32,000 nt of DNA, from contig OW818653.1 in NCBI GenBank assembly GCA_942492995.1, positions 930,001-962,000 on the forward strand, given 5' to 3'. Shown one piece after another: positions 9,895 through 18,247 of this stretch (position 1 is the stretch's first letter; every line of letters begins with the position of its first letter). The translations under genes were made by a program, and so were the position numbers. This DNA comes from an uncultured Erysipelotrichaceae bacterium (lineage in GTDB: Bacteria; Bacillota_I; Bacilli_A; Erysipelotrichales; Erysipelotrichaceae). Under the pieces are notes generated by a model. That model was not told where the DNA came from. It was given only the letters and a program-made list of their open reading frames with translations, and did not search any database.

Positions 9895-10878
9895 TTAAAT
9901 TTCAATGCCTACTTTCGTTTGGACATCAATTAAAGTTTGATGAGCAACAGGTGTTGCTTGTGTTTTACCAGACAATAATACCTTAGATAATATGTCTTGA
10001 TTTAGAAAATCATTAAACTTTGATTGTAAGTTAATCAGTAACTGTTCAACTTCATGTGCGACTGCTTTTTTGAGTGTTCCATACCCTTGACCCTCAAATG
10101 ATTTAACAAGATCAGGAATAGAAATACCTGAAAGTGCTGAATGAATGGTTAATAGATTACTCACACCAGGTTGTTCACTAGGATTAAATTGAATGATGCC
10201 CAATGAATCAGTCACAGCTGACATGACTTTCTTGCGCGCAACTTCAGGTTTATCCAGCAAGTAGATACATCCTTTATCGGATTCATCTGATTTACTCATC
10301 TTCTTAGTTGGTTCACTCAATGACATGATACGTGCACCTTGTTTAGGAATTAGTGGTGCAGGTACTTTGAATGTTTCGCCATAACGATTATTAAAGCGCA
10401 TTGCGACATCTCGTGTAAGTTCAACATGTTGTTTCTGATCATCCCCAACAGGTACATAATCTGGTTGATACGCTAAGATATCCGCTGCCATTAAAGTTGG
10501 ATAAACATAAAAACCTGAACTTAGACTATCTTCACCTTTTAACTGTTTGTCTTTATATTGAGTCATACGATTGAGTTCACCCATATAGGTATTACACGCT
10601 AAGATGAAGCCCAATTGAGCTTGTTCCATGATATCGGATTGCATGAAGATATGTGTTTTCTCTGGATCTAAACCACATGCTAGATATAACAAAACAGTAT
10701 CTCTTAGATTTTTTCTTAGTGATTCAGGATCTTGATACACAGTCAAAGTATGTAAGTTCGCAATAAACACATACATTTCATACTCATCTTGATATTTCAC
10801 AAATTCTTTGAGTGCACCAATATAGTTCCCTAAGGTTAATTGACCACTTGGCTTAATGCCACTTAACATACGTTTCAT
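9895..10878 (-). CDS. trpS: Tryptophan--tRNA ligase
   Basis: MKRMLSGIKPSGQLTLGNYIGAL (class I HIGH-type motif), KKMSKSD (KMSKS). The track ORF begins at 10920, inside the leader. The ATG at 10878 is preceded by AGGGAGA at 5-nt spacing and matches the usual TrpRS N-terminus. Confidence 0.95.
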   Translation of the reverse strand: MKRMLSGIKPSGQLTLGNYIGALKEFVKYQDEYEMYVFIANLHTLTVYQDPESLRKNLRDTVLLYLACGLDPEKTHIFMQSDIMEQAQLGFILACNTYMGELNRMTQYKDKQLKGEDSLSSGFYVYPTLMAADILAYQPDYVPVGDDQKQHVELTRDVAMRFNNRYGETFKVPAPLIPKQGARIMSLSEPTKKMSKSDESDKGCIYLLDKPEVARKKVMSAVTDSLGIIQFNPSEQPGVSNLLTIHSALSGISIPDLVKSFEGQGYGTLKKAVAHEVEQLLINLQSKFNDFLNQDILSKVLLSGKTQATPVAHQTLIDVQTKVGIEI

Positions 10879-11095
10879 ATTTTTCTCCCTTAAATAAAAA
10901 AATGCTCGATAGGGACGCATTACCGTGGTACCACCCTATTTATCGAACATTCGATCACTTGACCATAACGCTGGTTCGCGTAAGCATTGCTTAGATTCAT
11001 GAAACCCAATTCACTTTTTCGTATTGTATCCTTTGCACCAACAGGATATCGCTTGTGTCCAACGTAAAGCTACTTTATTTCAATCATAATCTTTA
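10879..11095 (-). promoter_or_regulatory. T-box leader controlling trpS
   Basis: The minus strand shows these Stem I elements: GA/K-turn region AUGAUUGAAAU...GUUUCAUGAA, S-turn AGUA, AG bulge AGCGA and distal loop GUUGGUGCAA. The specifier loop reads GAAUUGGG (UGG = complement of 11006..11008). Stem III is AUCGAAUGUUCGAU. The T-box/antiterminator is UAGGG-UGGUACC-ACG...CGU-CCCUA (T-box complement of 10923..10936), followed by a U7 run. The terminator helix is not canonical (see findings). Confidence 0.8.
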
Positions 11096-11100
11096 TATTC

Positions 11101-11128
11101 ATTATACTCACAATAAAAAAGTGTGCAA
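11101..11128 (-). promoter_or_regulatory. Candidate sigma-A promoter of the trpS leader (-35 TTGCAC, 16-nt spacer, -10 TATAAT)
   Basis: -10 TATAAT = complement of 11101..11106. -35 TTGCAC = complement of 11123..11128, inside the upstream terminator hairpin. Confidence 0.45.
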
Positions 11129-11136
11129 GCACACTT
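11112..11136 (-). terminator. Intrinsic terminator of the APC permease gene
   Basis: The minus strand reads AAGUGUGCUUGCACACUU followed by UUUUAUU. The hairpin includes the permease stop codon. Confidence 0.75.
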
Positions 11137-12535
11137 AATGAATTGATTTTGGTTTAACGAGCAATCCTGCAAGGATTCCTAAGATTGATACGATTAAGTA
11201 TATCGCTACCATAGGACTTAAGAAACCACCATAGATTGCGGTACACGCTCCAATAATCGCTAAGACTGGGAATACCAATCCTTCGAATACATTATCAACA
11301 CGTTTATTGAAGTACTCTTTAATAACACCTGAGAAGATTAAGACTAAGAAGAAGTAGATTAAGATAATTGCGATTTCATCAACAGAGATTCCTGCAAACA
11401 TCGTCCAATTAAAGTAAATGACTCCGGTTGTTGTCGCAAAATGAAACAATAACCATACAAGTGAAACGATAAATGTAAATACAGCTGAGAACAATGGAAT
11501 ATCTGTTTTCTCATCGACTTTCGCAAATTTATCGGATGCTGGTAATTCATTTCTTAATCCTAAAGCATAAGGTAAACGGATATACGCAAGGGATAAACCA
11601 TTACATGTTCCAAGTACTGAAATTACAACTGCGACTAATACAAGTCTATAACCAACTGCCCCAAAGAATTGTTCCGCAAACACAGAAACAGCTCCGTCAC
11701 CTAAGGCTAATACTTGATCAGGACCTAGTACTGCATTAATTCCAACGAAATATGCGATATAAATAATCATAATCATTAGAGGCGCAAATGTTAGCGCTAA
11801 TGGTAGGTTACGTTTAGGGTTCTTAATTTCATGCGCAATTGAAGGTGCAACTTGCCATCCATCAAACGCAAACGCGATAGGAACTAAGGCTGCGAAGAAT
11901 CCACCGCCTAATTGACCTAAATCACTTACATGATTAACTGCGACAGGATCTCCGGCAAAGATACCTGTAATCGCTAATAGAATTAAAGCAGTAACTTTGA
12001 TTCCCATCGCGATACTTTGAAACTTACCTGCTGAATTTGTATGAAATGCATTAAATAAGAATAATGCGACAATAATAATTAATGTTACAACCCATTCAGT
12101 AACACTAAACGGGAATGCCCATGCAGGGATAAACGATACAGCCACACCAAATAGAGTACCTGTTTCTGTCCATCCAAAAAGAATTGATACATACATCGCC
12201 GCAACCCATGACACAACTGCCACAAGTGCTGGATAATAAAAGAATATTTGAAACCAACCTGCAAGATAACCCCAAGTTTTACCCCAAGCAAGTTCGGAAT
12301 AGGTAATTAAACCACCAACATTTTCATCACGTTTCGCCAAAACCGCAATTGTTAAACCACCGAATACGATACCAAATCCACCTAATGCCCAAGCTAATAC
12401 ACCTAAGAAGACTGAACCATTTACAGCTGCAAGAATATTATCGGTTTTGAAGAAGATACCAGAACCAATAACAATCCCTACAATCATCGCTGTAGTAGTT
12501 ATTAAACCAAACTTTCTTTTCTGAAGATTTTCCAT
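11135..12535 (-). CDS. APC-family amino acid permease
   Basis: About 12 TM helices, with N-terminal FGLITTTAMIVGIVIGSGIFFK typical of the amino acid/polyamine/organocation superfamily. The track start at 12544 abuts the RBS. The ATG at 12535 lies 8 nt after AAGGA, so it is preferred (12544 remains possible). Substrate is not inferable. Confidence 0.85.
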   Translation of the reverse strand: MENLQKRKFGLITTTAMIVGIVIGSGIFFKTDNILAAVNGSVFLGVLAWALGGFGIVFGGLTIAVLAKRDENVGGLITYSELAWGKTWGYLAGWFQIFFYYPALVAVVSWVAAMYVSILFGWTETGTLFGVAVSFIPAWAFPFSVTEWVVTLIIIVALFLFNAFHTNSAGKFQSIAMGIKVTALILLAITGIFAGDPVAVNHVSDLGQLGGGFFAALVPIAFAFDGWQVAPSIAHEIKNPKRNLPLALTFAPLMIMIIYIAYFVGINAVLGPDQVLALGDGAVSVFAEQFFGAVGYRLVLVAVVISVLGTCNGLSLAYIRLPYALGLRNELPASDKFAKVDEKTDIPLFSAVFTFIVSLVWLLFHFATTTGVIYFNWTMFAGISVDEIAIILIYFFLVLIFSGVIKEYFNKRVDNVFEGLVFPVLAIIGACTAIYGGFLSPMVAIYLIVSILGILAGLLVKPKSIH

Positions 12536-12577
12536 TTCTTTCATCCTTTTTCATGTAACAATGTGAAACATACATCA

Positions 12578-12606
12578 ATAGTACAGAAGCAAATATCTCT
12601 CGTCAA
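12578..12606 (-). promoter_or_regulatory. Candidate sigma-A promoter of the permease gene (-35 TTGACG, 17 nt, -10 TACTAT)
   Basis: Complement of 12601..12606 = TTGACG. Complement of 12578..12583 = TACTAT. The spacer is exactly 17 nt. Confidence 0.55.
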
Positions 12607-12665
12607 TATTTTTCTTTTAAAAAGTAAGAGAAATATGTATAATATAGAAATATGGAGGACATACC

Positions 12666-13136
12666 ATGATTGTTGTATACACTTCACCTGGTTGTGCCAG
12701 TTGCCGAAAAGTCAAACAGTGGTTGAAAGATCGTAACTTAAAGTTTATTGAAAAGAACATCTTCTCGACATTGTTAAATGAAAACGAAATACGTCATTTA
12801 TTGATGCGTAGTGAAAATGGAACGGAAGATATTATATCGAAACGTTCTAAAATTATTCAAGAAAAACAAATTGATGTCGAAGAGATGTCTGTAAAGGATT
12901 TAGTCCGATTTGTTCAACAGAACCCTTCCGTCTTAAAAAGACCGATTATTATTAATGAACGTAATTTCTTAGTAGGATATGACGAAGAAGAAATTGGAGC
13001 ATTTGTTCCACAAGAACTTCGTAAAGTCGCTTGTGCAGCATGTACATCTGATTGTCCAAGTTATCCAATGTGTGGTCATACACGCGAAGAGATGGATCTT
13101 GAGACTGCAAATCAACCTAGGTTAAAAGCTGTTTAA
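12666..13136 (+). CDS. spx: Spx/MgsR-family (ArsC-fold) redox-sensing transcriptional regulator with a C-terminal Cys-rich extension
   Basis: MIVVYTSPGCASCRKVKQWL (CxxC switch), SKRSKIIQ, LKRPIIINERNFLVGYDEEEI: colinear with B. subtilis Spx over about 118 aa. An extra tail follows, KVACAACTSDCPSYPMCGHTREEMDLETANQPRLKAV. RBS GGAGG 7 nt upstream. Confidence 0.85.
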   Translation: MIVVYTSPGCASCRKVKQWLKDRNLKFIEKNIFSTLLNENEIRHLLMRSENGTEDIISKRSKIIQEKQIDVEEMSVKDLVRFVQQNPSVLKRPIIINERNFLVGYDEEEIGAFVPQELRKVACAACTSDCPSYPMCGHTREEMDLETANQPRLKAV

Positions 13137-13152
13137 TCAACAGCTTTTTTTT
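13124..13152 (+). terminator. Intrinsic terminator after spx
   Basis: AAAAGCUGUU-UAAU-CAACAGCUUUU followed by a U-run. The 5' arm overlaps the last codons and stop of spx. Confidence 0.8.
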
Positions 13153-13155
13153 ATA

Positions 13156-13164
13156 TGTTATAAT
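13156..13164 (+). promoter_or_regulatory. Extended -10 promoter element TGtTATAAT immediately upstream of mnmA
   Basis: TG at 13156..13157, TATAAT at 13159..13164. The mnmA ATG starts at 13171, 6 nt after the hexamer, with no RBS in between. Confidence 0.5.
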
Positions 13165-13170
13165 CATTTC

Positions 13171-14316
13171 ATGAAAATACTCGTAGGACTATCAGGTGGT
13201 GTCGATTCTGCCGTCGCCGCATATTTATTAAAACAACAAGGCTATCAAGTAGAATGTGCTTTTATGCGCAATTGGGATTCATTGACAAACAATGATATTT
13301 TAGGTAACCCAACCTTAGATGAAGCCATATGTACGCAGGAACAAGATTATAACGATGCCGTAGAAGTTGCTCGTTTATTAGATTTACCTCTTCATCGTGT
13401 CGATTTTATCCAAGAATACTGGGATGATGTGTTTGTGACATTCTTAAAGGAATATAAGAATGGGCGCACACCTAATCCAGATATTCTTTGTAATAAATAT
13501 ATAAAGTTTAACGCATTCTTTAAGTTCGCAGATGAACATGGTTTTGATATGGTTGCGACAGGACATTACGCAAAGGTTATTCATCATGAAACATATAGTG
13601 AAATGGTGAAAGCTGAGGACAGTAATAAAGACCAAAGTTATTTCTTGTGTCAAATATCTCAATCTGCACTAAGACGAACACTATTCCCATTAGGTGATGT
13701 GGAGAAAAAAGAAGTACGTGAAATCGCTTTGAAGTTAAATTTAAATGTTGCGAAGAAAAAAGATTCTACAGGTATTTGTTTTATTGGAGAACGTAATTTT
13801 AGACAGTTCTTGAGTAATTACTTACCGGCTAAAAAAGGAAAGATTGTTGATATCGATACTAAAGAAGTATTAGGTGATCATGTTGGTGTTCTATATTACA
13901 CCTTAGGTCAACGTAAAGGATTAGATATCTCAGCGCATGAAGGTCCTTGGTTTGTGGTTGGTAAAGATGTTTATTCAAATATACTATTTGTGGCTAAAGG
14001 TGAAGACCATCCTTGGTTAAAGTCAGACGCATGTACGGTTAATGAGTTAAACTGGTTTAATCCGATTGATTTATCGCAACCATTGAAATGTACAGCTAAG
14101 TTTAGATATCGTCAAAAGGATCAAGATGTGACAATTCAACTAAATGATAAAAATGAATTAGTTGTATCGTATCCTCAAGGTATTGCGGCAGTTACACCCG
14201 GTCAAGAAGCTGTATTCTATTTAAATGATGTTTGTTTGGGTGGTGGTGTTATTGATGAAATCTATCGAGATCATAAATCATTAACCTCAATCATAATGGA
14301 GGTTAAGCATGCATGA
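13171..14316 (+). CDS. mnmA: tRNA 2-thiouridine(34) synthase MnmA
   Basis: 381 aa, PP-loop MKILVGLSGGVDSAVAAYLL, NPDILCNK, ATGHYA, DQSYFL, GICFIGE: canonical MnmA/TrmU. Confidence 0.95.
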   Translation: MKILVGLSGGVDSAVAAYLLKQQGYQVECAFMRNWDSLTNNDILGNPTLDEAICTQEQDYNDAVEVARLLDLPLHRVDFIQEYWDDVFVTFLKEYKNGRTPNPDILCNKYIKFNAFFKFADEHGFDMVATGHYAKVIHHETYSEMVKAEDSNKDQSYFLCQISQSALRRTLFPLGDVEKKEVREIALKLNLNVAKKKDSTGICFIGERNFRQFLSNYLPAKKGKIVDIDTKEVLGDHVGVLYYTLGQRKGLDISAHEGPWFVVGKDVYSNILFVAKGEDHPWLKSDACTVNELNWFNPIDLSQPLKCTAKFRYRQKDQDVTIQLNDKNELVVSYPQGIAAVTPGQEAVFYLNDVCLGGGVIDEIYRDHKSLTSIIMEVKHA

Positions 14317-15019
14317 TTTTAGTCTTCATTATTCGCTAAGAAAATCAATATTCCTATTATTTCATTTCACTATTGGTTATTTCGCTTTTTACCCTTATAT
14401 ACTTGTCACTATTATTGATCTTGTTGGTTTAGATAGTTGGTTAACCAATGGAACAATCGATATTGTGTATAGTCTATTAATGCTTGTAGTAAGTGTCTAC
14501 TTAGTACGTGATTTACTGTTACGTTCAATTAATGTATTAGCTGAACATCCATTAAAAACGTTTAAAATAATTCTTACAACGTTCTCCTTTATGTTATTTA
14601 GTTCGTTTGTGTTGAATTATGTAATCACTTATTTAAGTGGATTGGGTGATTCCGCAAATCAGTCGTATATTATCGATTTGTTTAAGGATTATCCTTATCT
14701 TATTATCATTCAAGCGTTAGTCTATGCGCCGATAGTAGAAGAAATTATGTTTAGAGGTCTAATCTTTGGCTCTCTCGCAAAGAAATCAATTCCTCTTGCG
14801 ATGTTTGTAAGTTCATTACTCTTTGGATTAGCCCATGTGTATGAATCCCTATTATCAGGTAATTTCGCGGATTTATGGTTTATCCCAACGTATGCGATGT
14901 TAGGGTATTTCTTAAATCGTGCGTATTTAAAAAGTGGAACAATCGTTAGTTCAATGGCATTACATTTCATGAATAATGCGATAGGATTATTGGCGATTGT
15001 AGTTGTGGGGATGTTTTAA
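14309..15019 (+). CDS. CPBP-family intramembrane glutamic endopeptidase (CAAX protease/Abi family)
   Basis: 236-aa polytopic protein carrying the three CPBP motifs: EEIMFRG, FGLAHV and HFMNN. RBS GGAGG 6 nt upstream. Overlaps mnmA by 8 nt and recD2 by 1 nt (TAATG). Confidence 0.85.
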   Translation: MHDFSLHYSLRKSIFLLFHFTIGYFAFYPYILVTIIDLVGLDSWLTNGTIDIVYSLLMLVVSVYLVRDLLLRSINVLAEHPLKTFKIILTTFSFMLFSSFVLNYVITYLSGLGDSANQSYIIDLFKDYPYLIIIQALVYAPIVEEIMFRGLIFGSLAKKSIPLAMFVSSLLFGLAHVYESLLSGNFADLWFIPTYAMLGYFLNRAYLKSGTIVSSMALHFMNNAIGLLAIVVVGMF

Positions 15020-17181
15020 TGGAAACGATTAGTATTCAGGGTAAAGTTATACATACAATCTATAGAGATGAAAAAACACGCTATACGGTAGCGCGTTTTC
15101 GTTTGTATGAATTAAATGAAAAGATGATTACCATTACTGGATATTTCCCTGAATTTCAAAGTGATTTATTATTAAATTTAACAGGAATTTATTTAGATCA
15201 TCCACGCTTTGGCATGCAATTTCAGGTTCAACATTATCATCGTGTTTTACCGAATGAACCAGAATCAATCATTACCTTCTTGTCTTCACCATTATTCCCT
15301 GGGATTGGTAAGAAGTTTGCGGAAGCGATTGTTGAGATGTGGCAAGAGGATGCGCTTAATGTATTAAAGGAAGATCCAAGTAAATTAAAAGAGATTAAGG
15401 GATATACACCTAAAAAAGAAGAATCTCTAATTAATGGCTTAATAAATTACGGAGAAGATGAAGAAGCGATTCGTTTTTTTACAACCAATGGCTTAGGAAT
15501 ACGTAATATTCTTCGTTTGGATCGTGTATATGGTAAAGATGCCTATCGGCTAGTTAAAGAAAATCCATATCGATTAATTGATGAAGTTGATGGGATTGGG
15601 TTTAAGATTGCGGATAAATTAGCGTTGAACATGGGCTTTGATTGGGATGATCCACGTCGCTTAATGGCTGGATTATGTGCGATGACCATGGAAGAGTGTA
15701 TGCGTACAGGTGATAGCTATGTGGAGTTTAATCGCTTAGAAATCTTGTTTTCTACACAGTTTAATGATAATAGTCTAGATTTTAGCAGTCTATTACATGA
15801 TGCGGTAAGACAAACTAAACTAATTCAGATTGGTGAGAAGATATTTCACCCATCACAATATACGAGTGAACAATACATTGCGCATGCATTAAAAGAATTT
15901 CCGTATCTTGAGTTACAACCCGTTGATGATTATGAAATCATGACACAATTAGATATTCTTCAACGTGAATTAAATATTGAATACGATGAAAGTCAAAAAG
16001 AAGCGATTCTTACCTTTTTCCATTCCCCTTTTACAATTATGACTGGTGGGCCTGGTACAGGTAAATCAACCGTAATTGGCGCGATGATTCATTTATGGAA
16101 GCGATTATATCCGAGTTATTCATTAGCGTGCGCTGCGCCTACAGGGCGTGCTAGTAAGCGTTTATTTGAATTAAATGGTGTAGAGTCATTCACAATCCAT
16201 TCATTATTAAAATGGGACTTAGAGTCAAATACGTTTGGAATGGATGAAACAAATCCATTATCGATTGATTGTTTAATCATCGATGAGTTCTCAATGGTTG
16301 ATACATGGTTAATGAGCCATTTACTTAAAGCGAGTCAACAAGTTAAAAAAATATTAATCGTTGGAGATAAGGATCAATTACCAAGCGTTGCGCCAGGCCA
16401 GGTTTTAAAAGATTTGATTGATTGCGAAGTCTTTCCAGTTATTTCACTTAAACATATTTATCGTCAAAAAGAAGGTTCTGATGTTATTAGTTTAGCGCAT
16501 CAGATACGTGAACAAGCCTTAGATTTTGATCAGTTCAAACAAGATATTCGCTGGTTTGATTGTAAAGCGATTGATGTTAAAAAATTAGTGTTAGATGTGA
16601 TTCAACAAGCTCAATTAAAAGGATATCCTCTTCAACATGTTCAAGTCCTAGCACCAATGTATTCTGGATTAGCTGGAATTGACGCATTGAACCATGCGAT
16701 ACAGAAGTTTGTGAATCCATATGATGAAAATAAACGTGAGTTAAAAGTTGGGACGCAGACGTTTAGAGAGAATGATAAAATATTACAATTAAAAAATCAA
16801 CCAAATGATGATGTCTATAATGGCGATATTGGAACATGTGTTGAGATTATATATGCACGCGAAGATGAACTTAAACAAAATCGGATTATTGTGGATTTTG
16901 ATGGACGAATTGTCGAGTATACTTCAGAAACATTTATTAATATTACCTTAGCGTATTGTGTATCAGTTCATAAGGCTCAAGGAAGTGAATATCCGATTGT
17001 TATACTACCTGTTGTGCCTGAACATCGTTTTATGTTACAAAAACGATTACTTTATACTGCGGTTACACGTGCAAGTAAATCATTGATTCTAATTGGATCT
17101 AAACAACTTTTTATCCAAGGAACAACCTTAAATGAGGATATTCCTCGTAAAACTTGTTTACTTGACTATTTAATCACATAG
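15019..17181 (+). CDS. recD2: ATP-dependent RecD2-like DNA helicase (SF1B)
   Basis: 720 aa. N-terminal OB/HhH region, Walker A GGPGTGKST, DEFSMVD, GDKDQLPSV, and a C-terminal SH3-like domain plus SVHKAQGSEYP. Same architecture as B. subtilis YrrC/RecD2. Confidence 0.9.
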   Translation: METISIQGKVIHTIYRDEKTRYTVARFRLYELNEKMITITGYFPEFQSDLLLNLTGIYLDHPRFGMQFQVQHYHRVLPNEPESIITFLSSPLFPGIGKKFAEAIVEMWQEDALNVLKEDPSKLKEIKGYTPKKEESLINGLINYGEDEEAIRFFTTNGLGIRNILRLDRVYGKDAYRLVKENPYRLIDEVDGIGFKIADKLALNMGFDWDDPRRLMAGLCAMTMEECMRTGDSYVEFNRLEILFSTQFNDNSLDFSSLLHDAVRQTKLIQIGEKIFHPSQYTSEQYIAHALKEFPYLELQPVDDYEIMTQLDILQRELNIEYDESQKEAILTFFHSPFTIMTGGPGTGKSTVIGAMIHLWKRLYPSYSLACAAPTGRASKRLFELNGVESFTIHSLLKWDLESNTFGMDETNPLSIDCLIIDEFSMVDTWLMSHLLKASQQVKKILIVGDKDQLPSVAPGQVLKDLIDCEVFPVISLKHIYRQKEGSDVISLAHQIREQALDFDQFKQDIRWFDCKAIDVKKLVLDVIQQAQLKGYPLQHVQVLAPMYSGLAGIDALNHAIQKFVNPYDENKRELKVGTQTFRENDKILQLKNQPNDDVYNGDIGTCVEIIYAREDELKQNRIIVDFDGRIVEYTSETFINITLAYCVSVHKAQGSEYPIVILPVVPEHRFMLQKRLLYTAVTRASKSLILIGSKQLFIQGTTLNEDIPRKTCLLDYLIT

Positions 17182-17203
17182 TCTTAAGTGATACACTAAT
17201 CTT

Positions 17204-17515
17204 ATGGAAAAATTAAATCGTAAAACACAGATTATTGTATTATCAAGTATTTTTAGCTTGTCTGTACTTATTCTTATCCTATCTTACCCATTTTTACCGG
17301 ATCAAATACCGATGCAATTCTCATTAACAGGAGATGTTAATCGATATGCACAAAAGCTTGTGGCGGTATTAACCGCTATCTTAATTAATGGGGCTTTATT
17401 TCTCTATACTGTTATAGTCAATAAGGAAAAGATTCCGACTAAACAAATTCTATCGAGTATATTAGTGTCTGTTATTAGTGTTGGGGTTATATGTGCTTCT
17501 TTATTATTTAACTAG
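17204..17515 (+). CDS. DUF1648-like small membrane protein (SdpI N-terminal-like)
   Basis: 103 aa, 3 TM helices. After TM1 comes PFLPDQIPMQFSLTGDVNRYAQK, which matches the LPxxIPxHF...G...RY motif of DUF1648 as I remember it. No clear RBS. Confidence 0.6.
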   Translation: MEKLNRKTQIIVLSSIFSLSVLILILSYPFLPDQIPMQFSLTGDVNRYAQKLVAVLTAILINGALFLYTVIVNKEKIPTKQILSSILVSVISVGVICASLLFN

Positions 17516-17524
17516 GAGAAAAAT

Positions 17525-18247
17525 ATGATTGAAATCAAGAATATTAGTAAGACTTACAATGGTAAAGTCAAAGCTGTGAATCACCTCAACTTAACTGTAG
17601 AAGATGGAGAAATTATTGGATTTATCGGACCAAACGGTGCTGGTAAGACGACAACGCTTAAAATGATGACTGGTATATTGAATCCTGATGAAGGTGAAAT
17701 TCTATTAAACGGAATTAACATTCAACATGATCCATTAGAAGCGAAACGTCAATTTGGGTTTGTGCCAGATAATCCTGATATTTTCTTACGTTTAAAAGGG
17801 ATTGAATATTTAAACTTTATGGCTGATATCTATGATGTTAAGGAAGATGTACGTCGTGATCGTATTACACATACTGCAGATACGTTCCAAATGACTAGCG
17901 CATTAAACGATACAATTCTTTCGTACTCACATGGTATGCGTCAAAAGATAATAATGATGGGTGTATTAGTTCACTCACCAAACATTTGGATTCTTGATGA
18001 ACCTTTAACTGGCTTAGATCCACAATCTGCTTATGCATTAAAAGAAATGATGCGTGAACATGTTGCACAAAATAAAACAGTATTCTTCTCTACACATGTA
18101 TTAGAAGTGGCGGAAAAATTGTGTAGTAAAGTTGCGATTATAAATAAAGGTGAACTCTTCTTCTTTGGACCTCTTGAATCGCTTAAGCAACAATATCCAG
18201 GTTTATCGCTTGAAGATATCTTCTTAAAGGTAACCTCTCATGAATAA
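17525..18247 (+). CDS. ABC transporter ATP-binding protein (ABC-2/DrrA-like subfamily)
   Basis: Walker A GPNGAGKTT, signature-like YSHGMRQK, Walker B WILDEPLTGLD, H-loop STHV. RBS AGGAG 6 nt upstream. Confidence 0.9.
   Translation: MIEIKNISKTYNGKVKAVNHLNLTVEDGEIIGFIGPNGAGKTTTLKMMTGILNPDEGEILLNGINIQHDPLEAKRQFGFVPDNPDIFLRLKGIEYLNFMADIYDVKEDVRRDRITHTADTFQMTSALNDTILSYSHGMRQKIIMMGVLVHSPNIWILDEPLTGLDPQSAYALKEMMREHVAQNKTVFFSTHVLEVAEKLCSKVAIINKGELFFFGPLESLKQQYPGLSLEDIFLKVTSHE

Noticed and set aside
10879-10920. N-terminal extension of the trpS ORF in the track (MRPYRAFFYLREKN...).
   Set aside because: The extension covers the T-box antiterminator 3' strand, the U-run and the RBS. The ATG at 10878 has a proper AGGGAGA RBS and gives the canonical TrpRS N-terminus. 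The same logic removes the extensions of ridA (27329..27346), ireB (6987..7010) and the MacB-type permease (22828..22863).
14309-17181. CPBP (Abi-like) protease plus RecD-family helicase, considered as a possible phage-defence pair.
   Set aside because: The helicase has the full housekeeping RecD2/YrrC architecture and sits in the conserved mnmA-recD2 context. No nuclease, methylase or other defence-island hallmark is adjacent, and composition does not differ from the flanks.
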